A DNA stretch of 64,000 bases from Candidatus Hydrogenedentota bacterium (GTDB lineage Bacteria > Hydrogenedentota > Hydrogenedentia > Hydrogenedentales > SLHB01), in contig JAWXCN010000032.1 of assembly GCA_034408725.1 (NCBI GenBank), positions 13,517-77,516 of the forward strand. Direction: 5' to 3'. This document shows, one piece after another, positions 1 through 8,379 of this stretch; positions within the stretch are counted from its first letter, which is position 1, and each line of letters begins with the position of its first letter. The translations under genes were made by a program, and so were the position numbers. The notes below the pieces were generated by a model, which had not been told where the DNA came from, made no database searches, and saw only the letters and a program-made list of their open reading frames with translations.

Positions 1-1741
1 GCAGGATCGCCGTCATGCCCGGCACGATCATCCCGTGAATGGCGCCCTGAGTTGCGATGTCCACGCATTTTGCGCTATCTGGATAGACGCCTTCCTTGCC
101 TTCTTTTAGGCCGGGGATTTCCGCGAACTGCCGCCGCACTTCGCCAATCATCGCGAATGCGCTCTTTCCGACCGCGCGGAACAGCATGGACGAAAAGAAG
201 AAGGGGACCATTCCTCCGATCAATATTCCGCTCAGAATATAAGGGTTGGAAAGCATGATCTCTTCCGGAGTCATTTTGGAAGACAAGAGGAACGCCGCGA
301 GCAGTCCGATCGCCGCAAATGCCGCCGAACCGATGGCAAACCCCTTGCCGATTGCCGCCGTGGTGTTGCCGACGGCGTCGAGATTGTCGGTAATTTTGCG
401 CACGCTTGGGTCGAGCCCGCTCATTTCCGCGATACCGCCCGCGTTGTCTGCGATGGGGCCATAGGAATCCACGGCGACAACGATACCCGTCGTAGCCAGC
501 ATGCCGAGCGCGGCGATGGCGACGCCGTATACGCCGGCGACGTCATATGCGAAGACGTTGGCAAGCGCGAGCACGATGATCGGAATGGCGACACTTTGCA
601 TGCCGATCGCGGTGCCCTCCGTTACAGTGATCGCAGGGCCCATTTGACACCCTTCGGCGAGCCGCTTGACGGGTTTGTAATCGCTGGAGGTGAAGTATTC
701 GCTCACGAACCCGACTATGGTTCCCGCACCAATGCCTAACATGCAGGCAAACAGGGGGCCATATTGTCCATAGGTTACACCGGCGAGCGTGAAAGCCTGA
801 CCATAGAAGTGCGCATAAGCGGTGATCCCCGCGAGAGTCAGGAGCGCTGCGACGTAAGTGCCGAACATGAGAGCTTTTCGTGGATTGCTTGATGCGAAAA
901 TCTTTGTGTACATAATGCCGATAATTGACGAAACGGCGCCCACTGACGCAACGATGAATGGGAATGCGCGCACGTATTCCGGGGCGGTAGTCATTGTGGC
1001 CGCAATGGCCAGCGCGGCAATGATTGAGGCCACGTAAGATTCGAGCAAGTCCGCGCCGAGGCCCGCAACATCGCCGACGTTATCACCGACGTTATCGGCA
1101 ATTACAGCGGGGTTTCGCGGATCATCTTCCGGAATTCCAGCTTCCACTTTTCCAACGAGGTCCGCGCCCATATCGGCGCCTTTGGTGTAAATGCCGCCAC
1201 CGGAGCGCGCGAACAGGGCCACGAGGGACGCGCCCATGGCATAGCCATTGACTATTTGCGACTCGCCGTTAAAGTACCAGTACACGATAATGAGCCCAAG
1301 AAGGCTGATTCCGACAACGCCCATGCCCATCACGGCGCCGCCGCTGAGCGCAATGTCCAAAGCCGCCTTTACGCCGCCGGTGCGCGCTGCTTCACAGGTG
1401 CGAGCGTTCGAGCGGGTGGCGATGTACATTCCGAGAAAGCCTGCGAGCGTGCTTGCAAGCGCGCCGGTCCAGAAAGCGAATGTCGTTCTCTTTCCCAACG
1501 GAAGATCGGGGCGGCTTTCGCCGACGATCCAGATGAAGATTCCAAGCACGAGGACAGTGCCGAGAACATATTGGTACTCACGGCGCAAGAAGGCCCCCGC
1601 GCCTTTTTGAATGAGCGCCGAGATGTCGGCCATTTTCTCGGTGCCTTGCGGCTTGGAGAGCACATAGCTCGCCAGGTACGCCACAAAGAGCAACGAGCAA
1701 AGGCTTGTAATACCCGTGATATCCAGAAATCCGATGTCCAT
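1..1741 (-). CDS. hppA: Membrane-bound ion-translocating pyrophosphatase (M-PPase), partial; C-terminus runs off the window start
   Basis: It is not in the ORF track because there is no stop in the window. Reverse-strand reading from the ATG at 1741-1739 gives MDIGFLDITGITSL... In frame it contains GGIYTKGADMGADLVGKVEAGIPEDDPRNPAVIADNVGDNVGD (approx 1070-1201), DSYGPIADNAGGIAEM and GNTTAAIGKGFAIGSA, which are hallmark M-PPase motifs. Ala in GNTTAA is the state associated with K+-dependent enzymes. Plus-strand ORFs 52-1765 are shadow ORFs. Confidence 0.9.
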   Translation of the reverse strand, partial: MDIGFLDITGITSLCSLLFVAYLASYVLSKPQGTEKMADISALIQKGAGAFLRREYQYVLGTVLVLGIFIWIVGESRPDLPLGKRTTFAFWTGALASTLAGFLGMYIATRSNARTCEAARTGGVKAALDIALSGGAVMGMGVVGISLLGLIIVYWYFNGESQIVNGYAMGASLVALFARSGGGIYTKGADMGADLVGKVEAGIPEDDPRNPAVIADNVGDNVGDVAGLGADLLESYVASIIAALAIAATMTTAPEYVRAFPFIVASVGAVSSIIGIMYTKIFASSNPRKALMFGTYVAALLTLAGITAYAHFYGQAFTLAGVTYGQYGPLFACMLGIGAGTIVGFVSEYFTSSDYKPVKRLAEGCQMGPAITVTEGTAIGMQSVAIPIIVLALANVFAYDVAGVYGVAIAALGMLATTGIVVAVDSYGPIADNAGGIAEMSGLDPSVRKITDNLDAVGNTTAAIGKGFAIGSAAFAAIGLLAAFLLSSKMTPEEIMLSNPYILSGILIGGMVPFFFSSMLFRAVGKSAFAMIGEVRRQFAEIPGLKEGKEGVYPDSAKCVDIATQGAIHGMIVPGMTAIL

Positions 1742-1792
1742 GCAAAGCTCCCTCACGGCCCTTGATGATTCGACTACCGGCCATTCAGCCCA

Positions 1793-2509
1793 CTACGAGC
1801 GAATGACGCCCTCTCGAGTTAACGCAGCACGTGCGGCGTTCTGCTCTGCCTCCTTCTTGTTCAACCCTGAACCCCTACCGGCAGCAACTCCCCGAAGGAT
1901 GACTTCCACCTCGAAAAGTTTTTGATGGTCAGGGCCGTCCGACCGAACCAATTCGAATCGAGGCAGCGGAATCTTTTCAGCCTGGCAATAGTGTTGCAAA
2001 CGGGATTTATGGTCCCAGCCCGTGTCCGTGCGCGTCGCGTGTTCGAGTTCGGCGCGAAATACACTCACGACCAGCCGGTGCGTGGCATCCCAACCTCTTT
2101 CGACGTAAACCGTCCCAATGAGTGCTTCCAGACAATCCGCCAGCAAAGCGGACCGGTTTCGCCCCCCGGACATTTCCTCGCCCTTCCCCAAACGAATCAC
2201 GGGAGCGATCTGGAGCCGCTCCGCGACTTGCGCGAGGCATTGTTGATTAACCAGGCTCGCGCGCATCCTGCTGTACTCACCCGGTGACCGGTCCGGCGCG
2301 TGCGCGAACAGATAATGCGCAACTGCCAGGCTCAACGCCGCGTCTCCCAGAAATTCCAAAGATTCATAATCGTACGAGGGGCCGCTCTGTTCGGACTGAA
2401 TTGACGCATGCGTTAATGCGCGGTCAAGCAGTTCAATACTTTCCAGGCCCAGTTCCAGGCGTGTGGTCAGCGAACGTAACTCGATTTCGCGCTCAGCGGA
2501 TACCGTCAT
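1793..2509 (-). CDS. rnc: Ribonuclease III
   Basis: Lies within ORF 1793..2545. It has the RNase III signature ESLEFLGDAALSLAVAHYLF and a C-terminal dsRBD-like region. The codon at 2545 is TTG and the first ATG is at 2509 (MTVSAEREIE). It overlaps the fabF stop by 17 nt. Confidence 0.9.
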   Translation of the reverse strand: MTVSAEREIELRSLTTRLELGLESIELLDRALTHASIQSEQSGPSYDYESLEFLGDAALSLAVAHYLFAHAPDRSPGEYSRMRASLVNQQCLAQVAERLQIAPVIRLGKGEEMSGGRNRSALLADCLEALIGTVYVERGWDATHRLVVSVFRAELEHATRTDTGWDHKSRLQHYCQAEKIPLPRFELVRSDGPDHQKLFEVEVILRGVAAGRGSGLNKKEAEQNAARAALTREGVIRS

Positions 2510-3731
2510 ATTGCCTAAACAAGAGTGATGCGTTGTGCCCGCCAAACCCTAGCGAATTGGACATTGCGATTGCAACCTTCGCTTCGCGGGCCTCGTTTGC
2601 AATGAGATTCACCATGCACTCGGGGTCAGGCGTTGCGTAGTTGATGTTCGGGGGAAGTACGCCATGCTCGATCGCAAGCAGGCAGATAATTGCTTCGACG
2701 GCCCCGGCGGCGCCGAGCAGATGCCCGATCATGGATTTTGTCGAGCTCACGGGAGGCATTTCCTCGCCAAAAATCGTGCGCAGCGCAAGCGATTCGCTCG
2801 CGTCATTGTGTTTCGTGCTGGTCCCGTGCGCGTTGAAATAGCCTACTTCGGATGCGTCAATTTTCGCATCGGCCAGCGCAGCGCGCATTGCCCCCGCGGC
2901 CCCGGACCCGTCCGGCCGGGGCGCGGTAATGTGATAGGCGTCGCACGTTTCGCCGGAACCCGCGATCACGCCGAGGATATTCGCGCCCCGCTTGCGCGCG
3001 TGCTCTTCCGATTCGAGTACAAGCACGCCCGCGCCTTCCCCCATGATGAACCCGTCGCGATTCAAATCAAATGGCCGGCTTGCATGTTTCGGGTCCTGGT
3101 TGTTGCGCGACATGGCCTTCATCGCGCAAAAGCCTGCCATGGCAAAGGGCGTAATCGATGCTTCCGCTCCGCCGCAGACCATTACGTCCGTAATGCCGGA
3201 TTGAATCGTCCGCGCGGCTTCGCTGATGCTTTGTGCGCCTGTCGCGCACGCAGTCACAATGGATTTGTTTGGCCCGCGCAATCCAAGCCGGATGGCGACT
3301 TCGCCCGCGCCGATGTTGGCGATCAATTTTGGAATCGTTAGCGGGGACAGCGCGCGATAGCCGCCGCTCATGAACTTTTCGTGACTCTCTTCCAGTGTTT
3401 GGATTCCCCCGATACCGCTGCCTACGATTGTGCCGCAACGTTCCGGATTCTCGGCGTTGATATCCAACCCGGAATTGTTCCATGCCTGTTCCGACGCGTA
3501 CATCGCATAGATTGCATACAGGTCGCGCCGTCGCAGGTCCTTGGCTGACATGCCGGCCAACTCGACCGGAGGCGCGAGGCCGGCGATCTGCGTCGGCAAC
3601 GCGGCGGGATCCCAGCGGGTAATTGTGTTCACGCACGACGTGCCCTCGCAGATATTTTTCCAAAATGTTGGGACATCATTGCCCGCCGGCGACACGACTC
3701 CCATTCCCGTAACGACAACAGTGGTTTGCAT
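2493..3731 (-). CDS. fabF: 3-oxoacyl-ACP synthase II (KAS II)
   Basis: Lies within ORF 2493..3821. MQTTVVVTGMGVVSPAGN is a typical KAS II N-terminus (ATG at 3731). It has the active-site Cys context VTACATGAQS, the His motifs HGTSTKHND and GHLLGAAGAVE, and the C-terminal SNSLGFGGHNASL. Confidence 0.93.
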   Translation of the reverse strand: MQTTVVVTGMGVVSPAGNDVPTFWKNICEGTSCVNTITRWDPAALPTQIAGLAPPVELAGMSAKDLRRRDLYAIYAMYASEQAWNNSGLDINAENPERCGTIVGSGIGGIQTLEESHEKFMSGGYRALSPLTIPKLIANIGAGEVAIRLGLRGPNKSIVTACATGAQSISEAARTIQSGITDVMVCGGAEASITPFAMAGFCAMKAMSRNNQDPKHASRPFDLNRDGFIMGEGAGVLVLESEEHARKRGANILGVIAGSGETCDAYHITAPRPDGSGAAGAMRAALADAKIDASEVGYFNAHGTSTKHNDASESLALRTIFGEEMPPVSSTKSMIGHLLGAAGAVEAIICLLAIEHGVLPPNINYATPDPECMVNLIANEAREAKVAIAMSNSLGFGGHNASLLFRQYDGIR

Positions 3732-3841
3732 GACATTTCCTGATAAAACGAAACACCCAGCCGGCGGCGATTGTGCCACGGGCTGGGTGCGTCGAGCAAA
3801 GTGCGTATACCAACGCGCCAAATATCCGGCGCGGAAGAATC

Positions 3842-4078
3842 CTATTGAAGCTTCGTCTCGATATACTTGACCGCGTCGCCGACGGTCTGGATTTCATTTG
3901 CTTCGTCGTCGATCTCGATGTTGTATTCCTCCTCGAGGGCCATCAACAATTCGGTGAGATCGAGCGAGTCCGCTCCCAGGTCGTCAATAAAGCGCGCTTC
4001 AAGCGTCACTTCCTCGGGCTTGCGATCCAGCTTTTCGACTACGATCTTTTTCACCATCTCCGCGACGTTGTTCGCCAT
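3842..4078 (-). CDS. acpP: Acyl carrier protein
   Basis: 78 aa and acidic, with the phosphopantetheine attachment motif [12 protein letters not shown]. It lies directly upstream of fabF. Confidence 0.95.
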   Translation of the reverse strand: MANNVAEMVKKIVVEKLDRKPEEVTLEARFIDDLGADSLDLTELLMALEEEYNIEIDDEANEIQTVGDAVKYIETKLQ

Positions 4079-4288
4079 TCCGCATCACCTCCATTTCGGC
4101 GTAGTATTCCCGTGACATGTATAGACTGCCGCGAGTGGGCGGGAGTATACCAAAGGTGGGAAACCCATTGCCAATCCCATGTTTGGACGTTGCAAGCGGG
4201 AGCGAGATCGTGCTGATACCCAAGCGACAGCACGGTTCTACCTACTTACTATTTCACCTACTGCGTTGCACCAATGTCCGGGTTGGCT

Positions 4289-4330
4289 GGAAATTAATTC
4301 AAGGGGTATTGATGGAAATGCGCAGTATGG
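4289..4330 (+). repeat. 42-nt AT-rich conserved intergenic block, copy 1 (copy 2 at 55662-55703)
   Basis: GGAAATTAATTCAAGGGGTATTGATGGAAATGCGCAGTATGG matches 55662-55703 at 36 of 42 positions on the same strand. It lies in the 417-bp divergent acpP / ECF-sigma intergenic region. Confidence 0.7.
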
Positions 4331-4399
4331 TCTTAATTGTGTCAAGCATTGCAGGCTTACGCTGTGTTTTACGTGTCTGCCGGGTCTATCGGAGCGGTC

Positions 4400-4435
4400 G
4401 TGGACAAAGTGGACTTCGTGGACGTAGTGGACGAA
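4400..4435 (+). repeat. Period-9 tandem array (GTGGACNNN) x4
   Basis: GTGGAC starts at 4400, 4409, 4418 and 4427, an exact 9-nt phase. The array is 61 nt upstream of the ECF sigma ORF. Confidence 0.8.
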
Positions 4436-4495
4436 TCAACCGAGGCAACCGTAGGTTATGATGCGACGCAGCATTGCAAAAACTGAACCGCGCGG

Positions 4496-5107
4496 GTGGG
4501 TATGACGTATTCTACACGTGAGAATGATGCGACGGAGAGCGACGAGGCGTTGATGGCGGCGGTATGCGACGACGCGCCGGGCGCATTCGATCGGCTGGTG
4601 CGGCGGTATGAGTCGCCGTTGTTCAACTATGCGTGTCGCTTGTTGGAGGATCGCGTCGAGGCGCAGGACGTGTTTCAGGAGGCGTTTTTGCGGGTTTATC
4701 AACATCGCGCGCGATACCGGCGGGGCGCATTGGTTCGGCCGTGGGTGTACCGGATTGCGACAAACCTGTGCCGGGACCGGTTGCGCGCGCGCCGTCGCCG
4801 GCGGAATGCGTCGTTCGACGCGCCTGTGTCGGGTGTTGCGGGTTCGCAATCGTTTGCGGAGACGCTCGCGGATGTGCATCCCAAACCGGACGCGATCGCG
4901 CGTGCTAACGAAGTAGAGCAGCGCTTGCGCACGGCTATACGGAAGTTGCCGGTGAAACAGCAGACGGTGTTTCTGATGGCGCGGTATCAGGACATGCCCT
5001 ATGGTGAAATCGCGCGTGCGTTGTTTATTCCGGTGGGTACGGTGAAGTCACGGATGAACAAGGCGGTTACTTTCTTAATGGACGAGATGAAGGACTTTCT
5101 GCCATGA
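4496..5107 (+). CDS. ECF-type RNA polymerase sigma factor (sigma-70 family, group 4)
   Basis: Region 2-like motifs FDRLVRRYESPLFNYACRLL..DRVEAQDVFQEAFLRVY and WVYRIATNLCRDRLR. Region 4 helix-turn-helix MPYGEIARALFIPVGTVKSRMNKA. GTG at 4496, first ATG at 4502. Confidence 0.9.
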   Translation: MGMTYSTRENDATESDEALMAAVCDDAPGAFDRLVRRYESPLFNYACRLLEDRVEAQDVFQEAFLRVYQHRARYRRGALVRPWVYRIATNLCRDRLRARRRRRNASFDAPVSGVAGSQSFAETLADVHPKPDAIARANEVEQRLRTAIRKLPVKQQTVFLMARYQDMPYGEIARALFIPVGTVKSRMNKAVTFLMDEMKDFLP

Positions 5108-6033
5108 CGCCGCGGGATGCTAAAGCCCTTCGCCTGCTTCGCGGGTATTTGCTCGGGACTTTGTCGCAGGGAGATCACGCGGAAGTAGAGCGGCTGATTG
5201 CGCAATCCGATGAATGGCGGGTGGCGTTGGAATCGGAGCGACAGGCAATAGCACTGTTGGATGGTTTGCCGCATGACGAGCCGCCGCCGGGGCTTGCCGC
5301 ATCGGTCGTTGCCGCCGCGATGGAAGGTGATCGCGCGGTTCCGCGGGCGCTGTATGCGCGGCGGCAGTGGATCGCCGTAATCGCAACAGCGTGTGTTGTC
5401 GCAGTAATTGGCGCGGTAGCTTTGCCGTGGCTTTCGCGTGCCCGGGAGGCGGCGCGACGCGCGAGCAACGCGAATAATCTTAAGCAGTTGGGGATCGTCT
5501 TCAAGATGTACGCAAGTGAATCAAGAGACATGTATCCCCCGATTGCGTCGTATGTGGACGTGTGGATGTTCGATCTGCGTGCTGTATACCCAAAGTATTT
5601 AACGGATCTTTCCGTTTTGGTGAACCCATCCCTCCCGGATGCGGAAGAAATGGTGGAACAATTGAATGCTTTCGCGGCAAAAGAGCCTATTGATTGGGAA
5701 GCGATGACGCGCATTGCGGCACGGAGTTATACGTACACGGGTTGGATGATTAAGGACCCCTCCGAATTCACGAAACTTGCCGATGCGCGAAGAAGCGTGG
5801 GTAACGCACAACTGGATAGTGACATTCAGGTTGACGGGAAACGATTCGTCAGGCTTCGGGAGGGTGTCGAGCGGTTCCTGATCACCGATATTAACGATCC
5901 GACGCGCACGTCTGCCTCGCGATCAGATGTGCCGATCCTGTTCACTACATCGCCGCTGGATAACCGGTCGGGCCTCACTTTATATATGGACGGCCATGTG
6001 GACGCTGAAAATTTTCCGCCAATTGTAGAATGA
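5104..6033 (+). CDS. Anti-sigma-like N-terminal domain + TM helix + DUF1559/pseudopilin-like extracytoplasmic domain
   Basis: The ATG overlaps the sigma gene stop (ATGA 5104-5107). The N-terminus LRLLRGYLLGTLSQGDHAEVERLIAQSDEWR is anti-sigma-like. The TM helix is WIAVIATACVVAVIGAVALPW. It is followed by SRAREAARRASNANNLKQLGIVFKMYA and a C-terminal LYMDGHVD motif, as in DUF1559 proteins. Confidence 0.6.
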   Translation: MTPRDAKALRLLRGYLLGTLSQGDHAEVERLIAQSDEWRVALESERQAIALLDGLPHDEPPPGLAASVVAAAMEGDRAVPRALYARRQWIAVIATACVVAVIGAVALPWLSRAREAARRASNANNLKQLGIVFKMYASESRDMYPPIASYVDVWMFDLRAVYPKYLTDLSVLVNPSLPDAEEMVEQLNAFAAKEPIDWEAMTRIAARSYTYTGWMIKDPSEFTKLADARRSVGNAQLDSDIQVDGKRFVRLREGVERFLITDINDPTRTSASRSDVPILFTTSPLDNRSGLTLYMDGHVDAENFPPIVE

Positions 6034-6112
6034 ACCTTTCTCCTCCGACGGCGTATTGAGCTACGCCGGCGGACACACAGCCCGCCGGAACGACAGCCGG
6101 GAGGGCCCTCCG

Positions 6113-8377
6113 ATGCGACGCGTCACCGCAGTTACTTTACTTGGATTTTGCTGCGCATATGTTAGTGCTGATGCACAAGAGCCGAGCGTGCTGCCTGCAA
6201 TGCCGCAAGCGACGATGCAAATGCCGTGGTCCGAATTTCGCGCGATGTGGGACGCGCTCGAAACCGCGGAAGCGGAGACGGCGGCAGTCGTTCCGAAACC
6301 ACCGGTCCAGTGGTCTGTCGTTGAGGCGGACTACGCGGCCGAGGCGCGCGCAGACAACGCGAGCGTGAAAATTACAGCGCGGTTTCACGTGCAGATTTGG
6401 GAACCAGTGGAATGGGTGCGCATCCCGCTGATCGGCGATGGCGTTGCAGTGACGGAAGTCACGTTCGACGATGCGCCAGCCAACCTGACGCCAGATGAGC
6501 AAGGGCGGTTGACGCTGTTGCATCAGGGGTCGGGCGAACACACCGTGACCATGACGTTCTACGTAACGACTGCCGAAAACGAAGGGGTCGTTAGTTTCGA
6601 GTTTCCCTGCCAGGAAAGCGCGGTCACGCGGATGATGTTGCGCGTGCCGGTGAAAGACGCGCGCGTACAGGCCTCGGCCGCGAGCAATACGGAACTGAGG
6701 GCGACGGAATCCGGCGTCGAAGCGGAACTGGCCTTTCCCAAGACGCAAAAATTGGCGGTGAGTTGGACCCTGCCCGCGAAATTGCCCGCGACGGCGACGT
6801 TCATTGAGCCACGCGTGGCGTGTACGTCGTGGACGCTTGTCTCGCTTGCGGAAACCTATGTGTCGTGTGCGACGCAGTTGCGGTTTCAGTTGCTGCGCGG
6901 CGCGGTGGACAGTTTCGCTGTGGACTTGCCGGGCGACGTGAACGTGCTGGACGTGGCGGGGCAAGGGTCGGCGTGGTCACGGCAAGACGCCGATGGCAAA
7001 CAGCGCATCCAAATTAAGACAAATCATCAGATTAGCGACAGCTACGACGTCATCATTTCGTATGAGCGTCCATTCTCGGGTGAACTTGTGGACGTTCCCA
7101 TCGCGCGCGTTTCAGATGTCGTGCGCGAGACGGGATACGTGGGGATTTCGGCGCGCGGCAATGTCGAGGTAAGTCCCGCCGCGACGATCGAAGGGCTCAC
7201 GCGGCTCGACGCGGCGGAGTTGCCGGTGGAATTACGCGCGATGTCGCCCACGCCGGTATTGCTGGCGTTCCGGCATGGCGAGGGCGAACGGCTGCTCGCC
7301 GTTGATGTGCGGCGGTTGGAGGATGTCGCCGTGCCGGATTCAACAATTGAATATGCCAGCATCACGACACTCGTCACCGAAGATGGTATGGCGGTCACGC
7401 GCGCGTCATACGAAGTGCGCAACAGCGTGCGTCAGTTTTTGCGGGTGCGCGTTGACGAGAAAGCGGAGATTTGGTCCGCGCTCGTGGGTGATCGCGTTGT
7501 GAAACCCGCGCGCGACGCGACAACGGGCGAAATTTTGATCCCACTGTCGAAGTCGGTCGAGGTTGATCGCCGGTTGGGCAGTTTTCCTGTGCATTTGTTG
7601 TATATGGAACGCATCGCCGCACCGAAGGGATTGTGGAGCACCACAAACCTTTCAGCACCGGCAACGGACATTTTCGCAAATTCGGTGGAATGGGAAGTGC
7701 AACTGCCGGAACAGCGACCTTTGTACCGCGCGACGGGTGATTTAGAGCGGATTGATGTCGCGTCGGGCGGAATTTTGGAATCGGCGCGCGAGCAAGTGCG
7801 TCCGGTGTCCACGACACGTCAGGAGAGACTGCATCGATTGCGGGAAGGCGTGCAGCGCTTTTTGATCACGGATATCAATAGCCCGATCGCAACCTCAGAA
7901 GGAAATGTTGATCGATATTCGGGCCAGAAGCTCAGTCCCGAGCAGACCGGGGCGGGTAAGGCGTCGTCATCAATCGCAGGCGTGCTACCGGTGTCGATTT
8001 CATTGCCGGAAGCGGGTTACTCCTACAGGTTCGGCACGATTTTGGCAGAACAGGGCAAACCGCTGTCGCTGTCGTTGACGACGCTGCCACGCGCGATTCC
8101 GTTGACGCTTCGATATACAGTCTTGGGGTTCGCGTTGTTACTGGGCGTGACCCTGGCCAGGCTCGCTGTGACCAGCGCGTACCGCAAGAGATTCGGCAGG
8201 CGCGCTGCAACCGTACTTGCAGTTGGAATTGGAACAGTTGCCTGCGCGGTGTATGTCGACGGCGTCTCACTACTGGAAGCGACGGTAACAATTGCGGGCT
8301 CGTTTGTGTTGGTGCTGTTTGCTGCGAGGGCGCGCTCACAATTCCTCTTGGTTCAGCCGGCGCCGGAAGTGCGTTAG
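6113..8377 (+). CDS. Large secreted/membrane-anchored protein of unknown function
   Basis: Lies within ORF 6056..8377. The ATG at 6113 is preceded by GGGAGG at about 6099-6105. The signal-like N-terminus is MRRVTAVTLLGFCCAYVSADAQ. The long middle region carries no motif I recognise. There are hydrophobic C-terminal helices (VLGFALLLGVTLARLAV, VLAVGIGTVACAVYV, IAGSFVLVLFAA). Confidence 0.6.
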   Translation: MRRVTAVTLLGFCCAYVSADAQEPSVLPAMPQATMQMPWSEFRAMWDALETAEAETAAVVPKPPVQWSVVEADYAAEARADNASVKITARFHVQIWEPVEWVRIPLIGDGVAVTEVTFDDAPANLTPDEQGRLTLLHQGSGEHTVTMTFYVTTAENEGVVSFEFPCQESAVTRMMLRVPVKDARVQASAASNTELRATESGVEAELAFPKTQKLAVSWTLPAKLPATATFIEPRVACTSWTLVSLAETYVSCATQLRFQLLRGAVDSFAVDLPGDVNVLDVAGQGSAWSRQDADGKQRIQIKTNHQISDSYDVIISYERPFSGELVDVPIARVSDVVRETGYVGISARGNVEVSPAATIEGLTRLDAAELPVELRAMSPTPVLLAFRHGEGERLLAVDVRRLEDVAVPDSTIEYASITTLVTEDGMAVTRASYEVRNSVRQFLRVRVDEKAEIWSALVGDRVVKPARDATTGEILIPLSKSVEVDRRLGSFPVHLLYMERIAAPKGLWSTTNLSAPATDIFANSVEWEVQLPEQRPLYRATGDLERIDVASGGILESAREQVRPVSTTRQERLHRLREGVQRFLITDINSPIATSEGNVDRYSGQKLSPEQTGAGKASSSIAGVLPVSISLPEAGYSYRFGTILAEQGKPLSLSLTTLPRAIPLTLRYTVLGFALLLGVTLARLAVTSAYRKRFGRRAATVLAVGIGTVACAVYVDGVSLLEATVTIAGSFVLVLFAARARSQFLLVQPAPEVR

Positions 8378-8379
8378 CC

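Noticed and set aside
52-1765. Five plus-strand ORFs (52..258, 246..464, 1024..1251, 1248..1610, 1256..1765) at the window start
   Set aside because: They lie antisense to, or out of frame with, the unambiguous hppA reading frame on the minus strand. They are Arg/Pro-rich, have low-complexity composition and carry no motifs.
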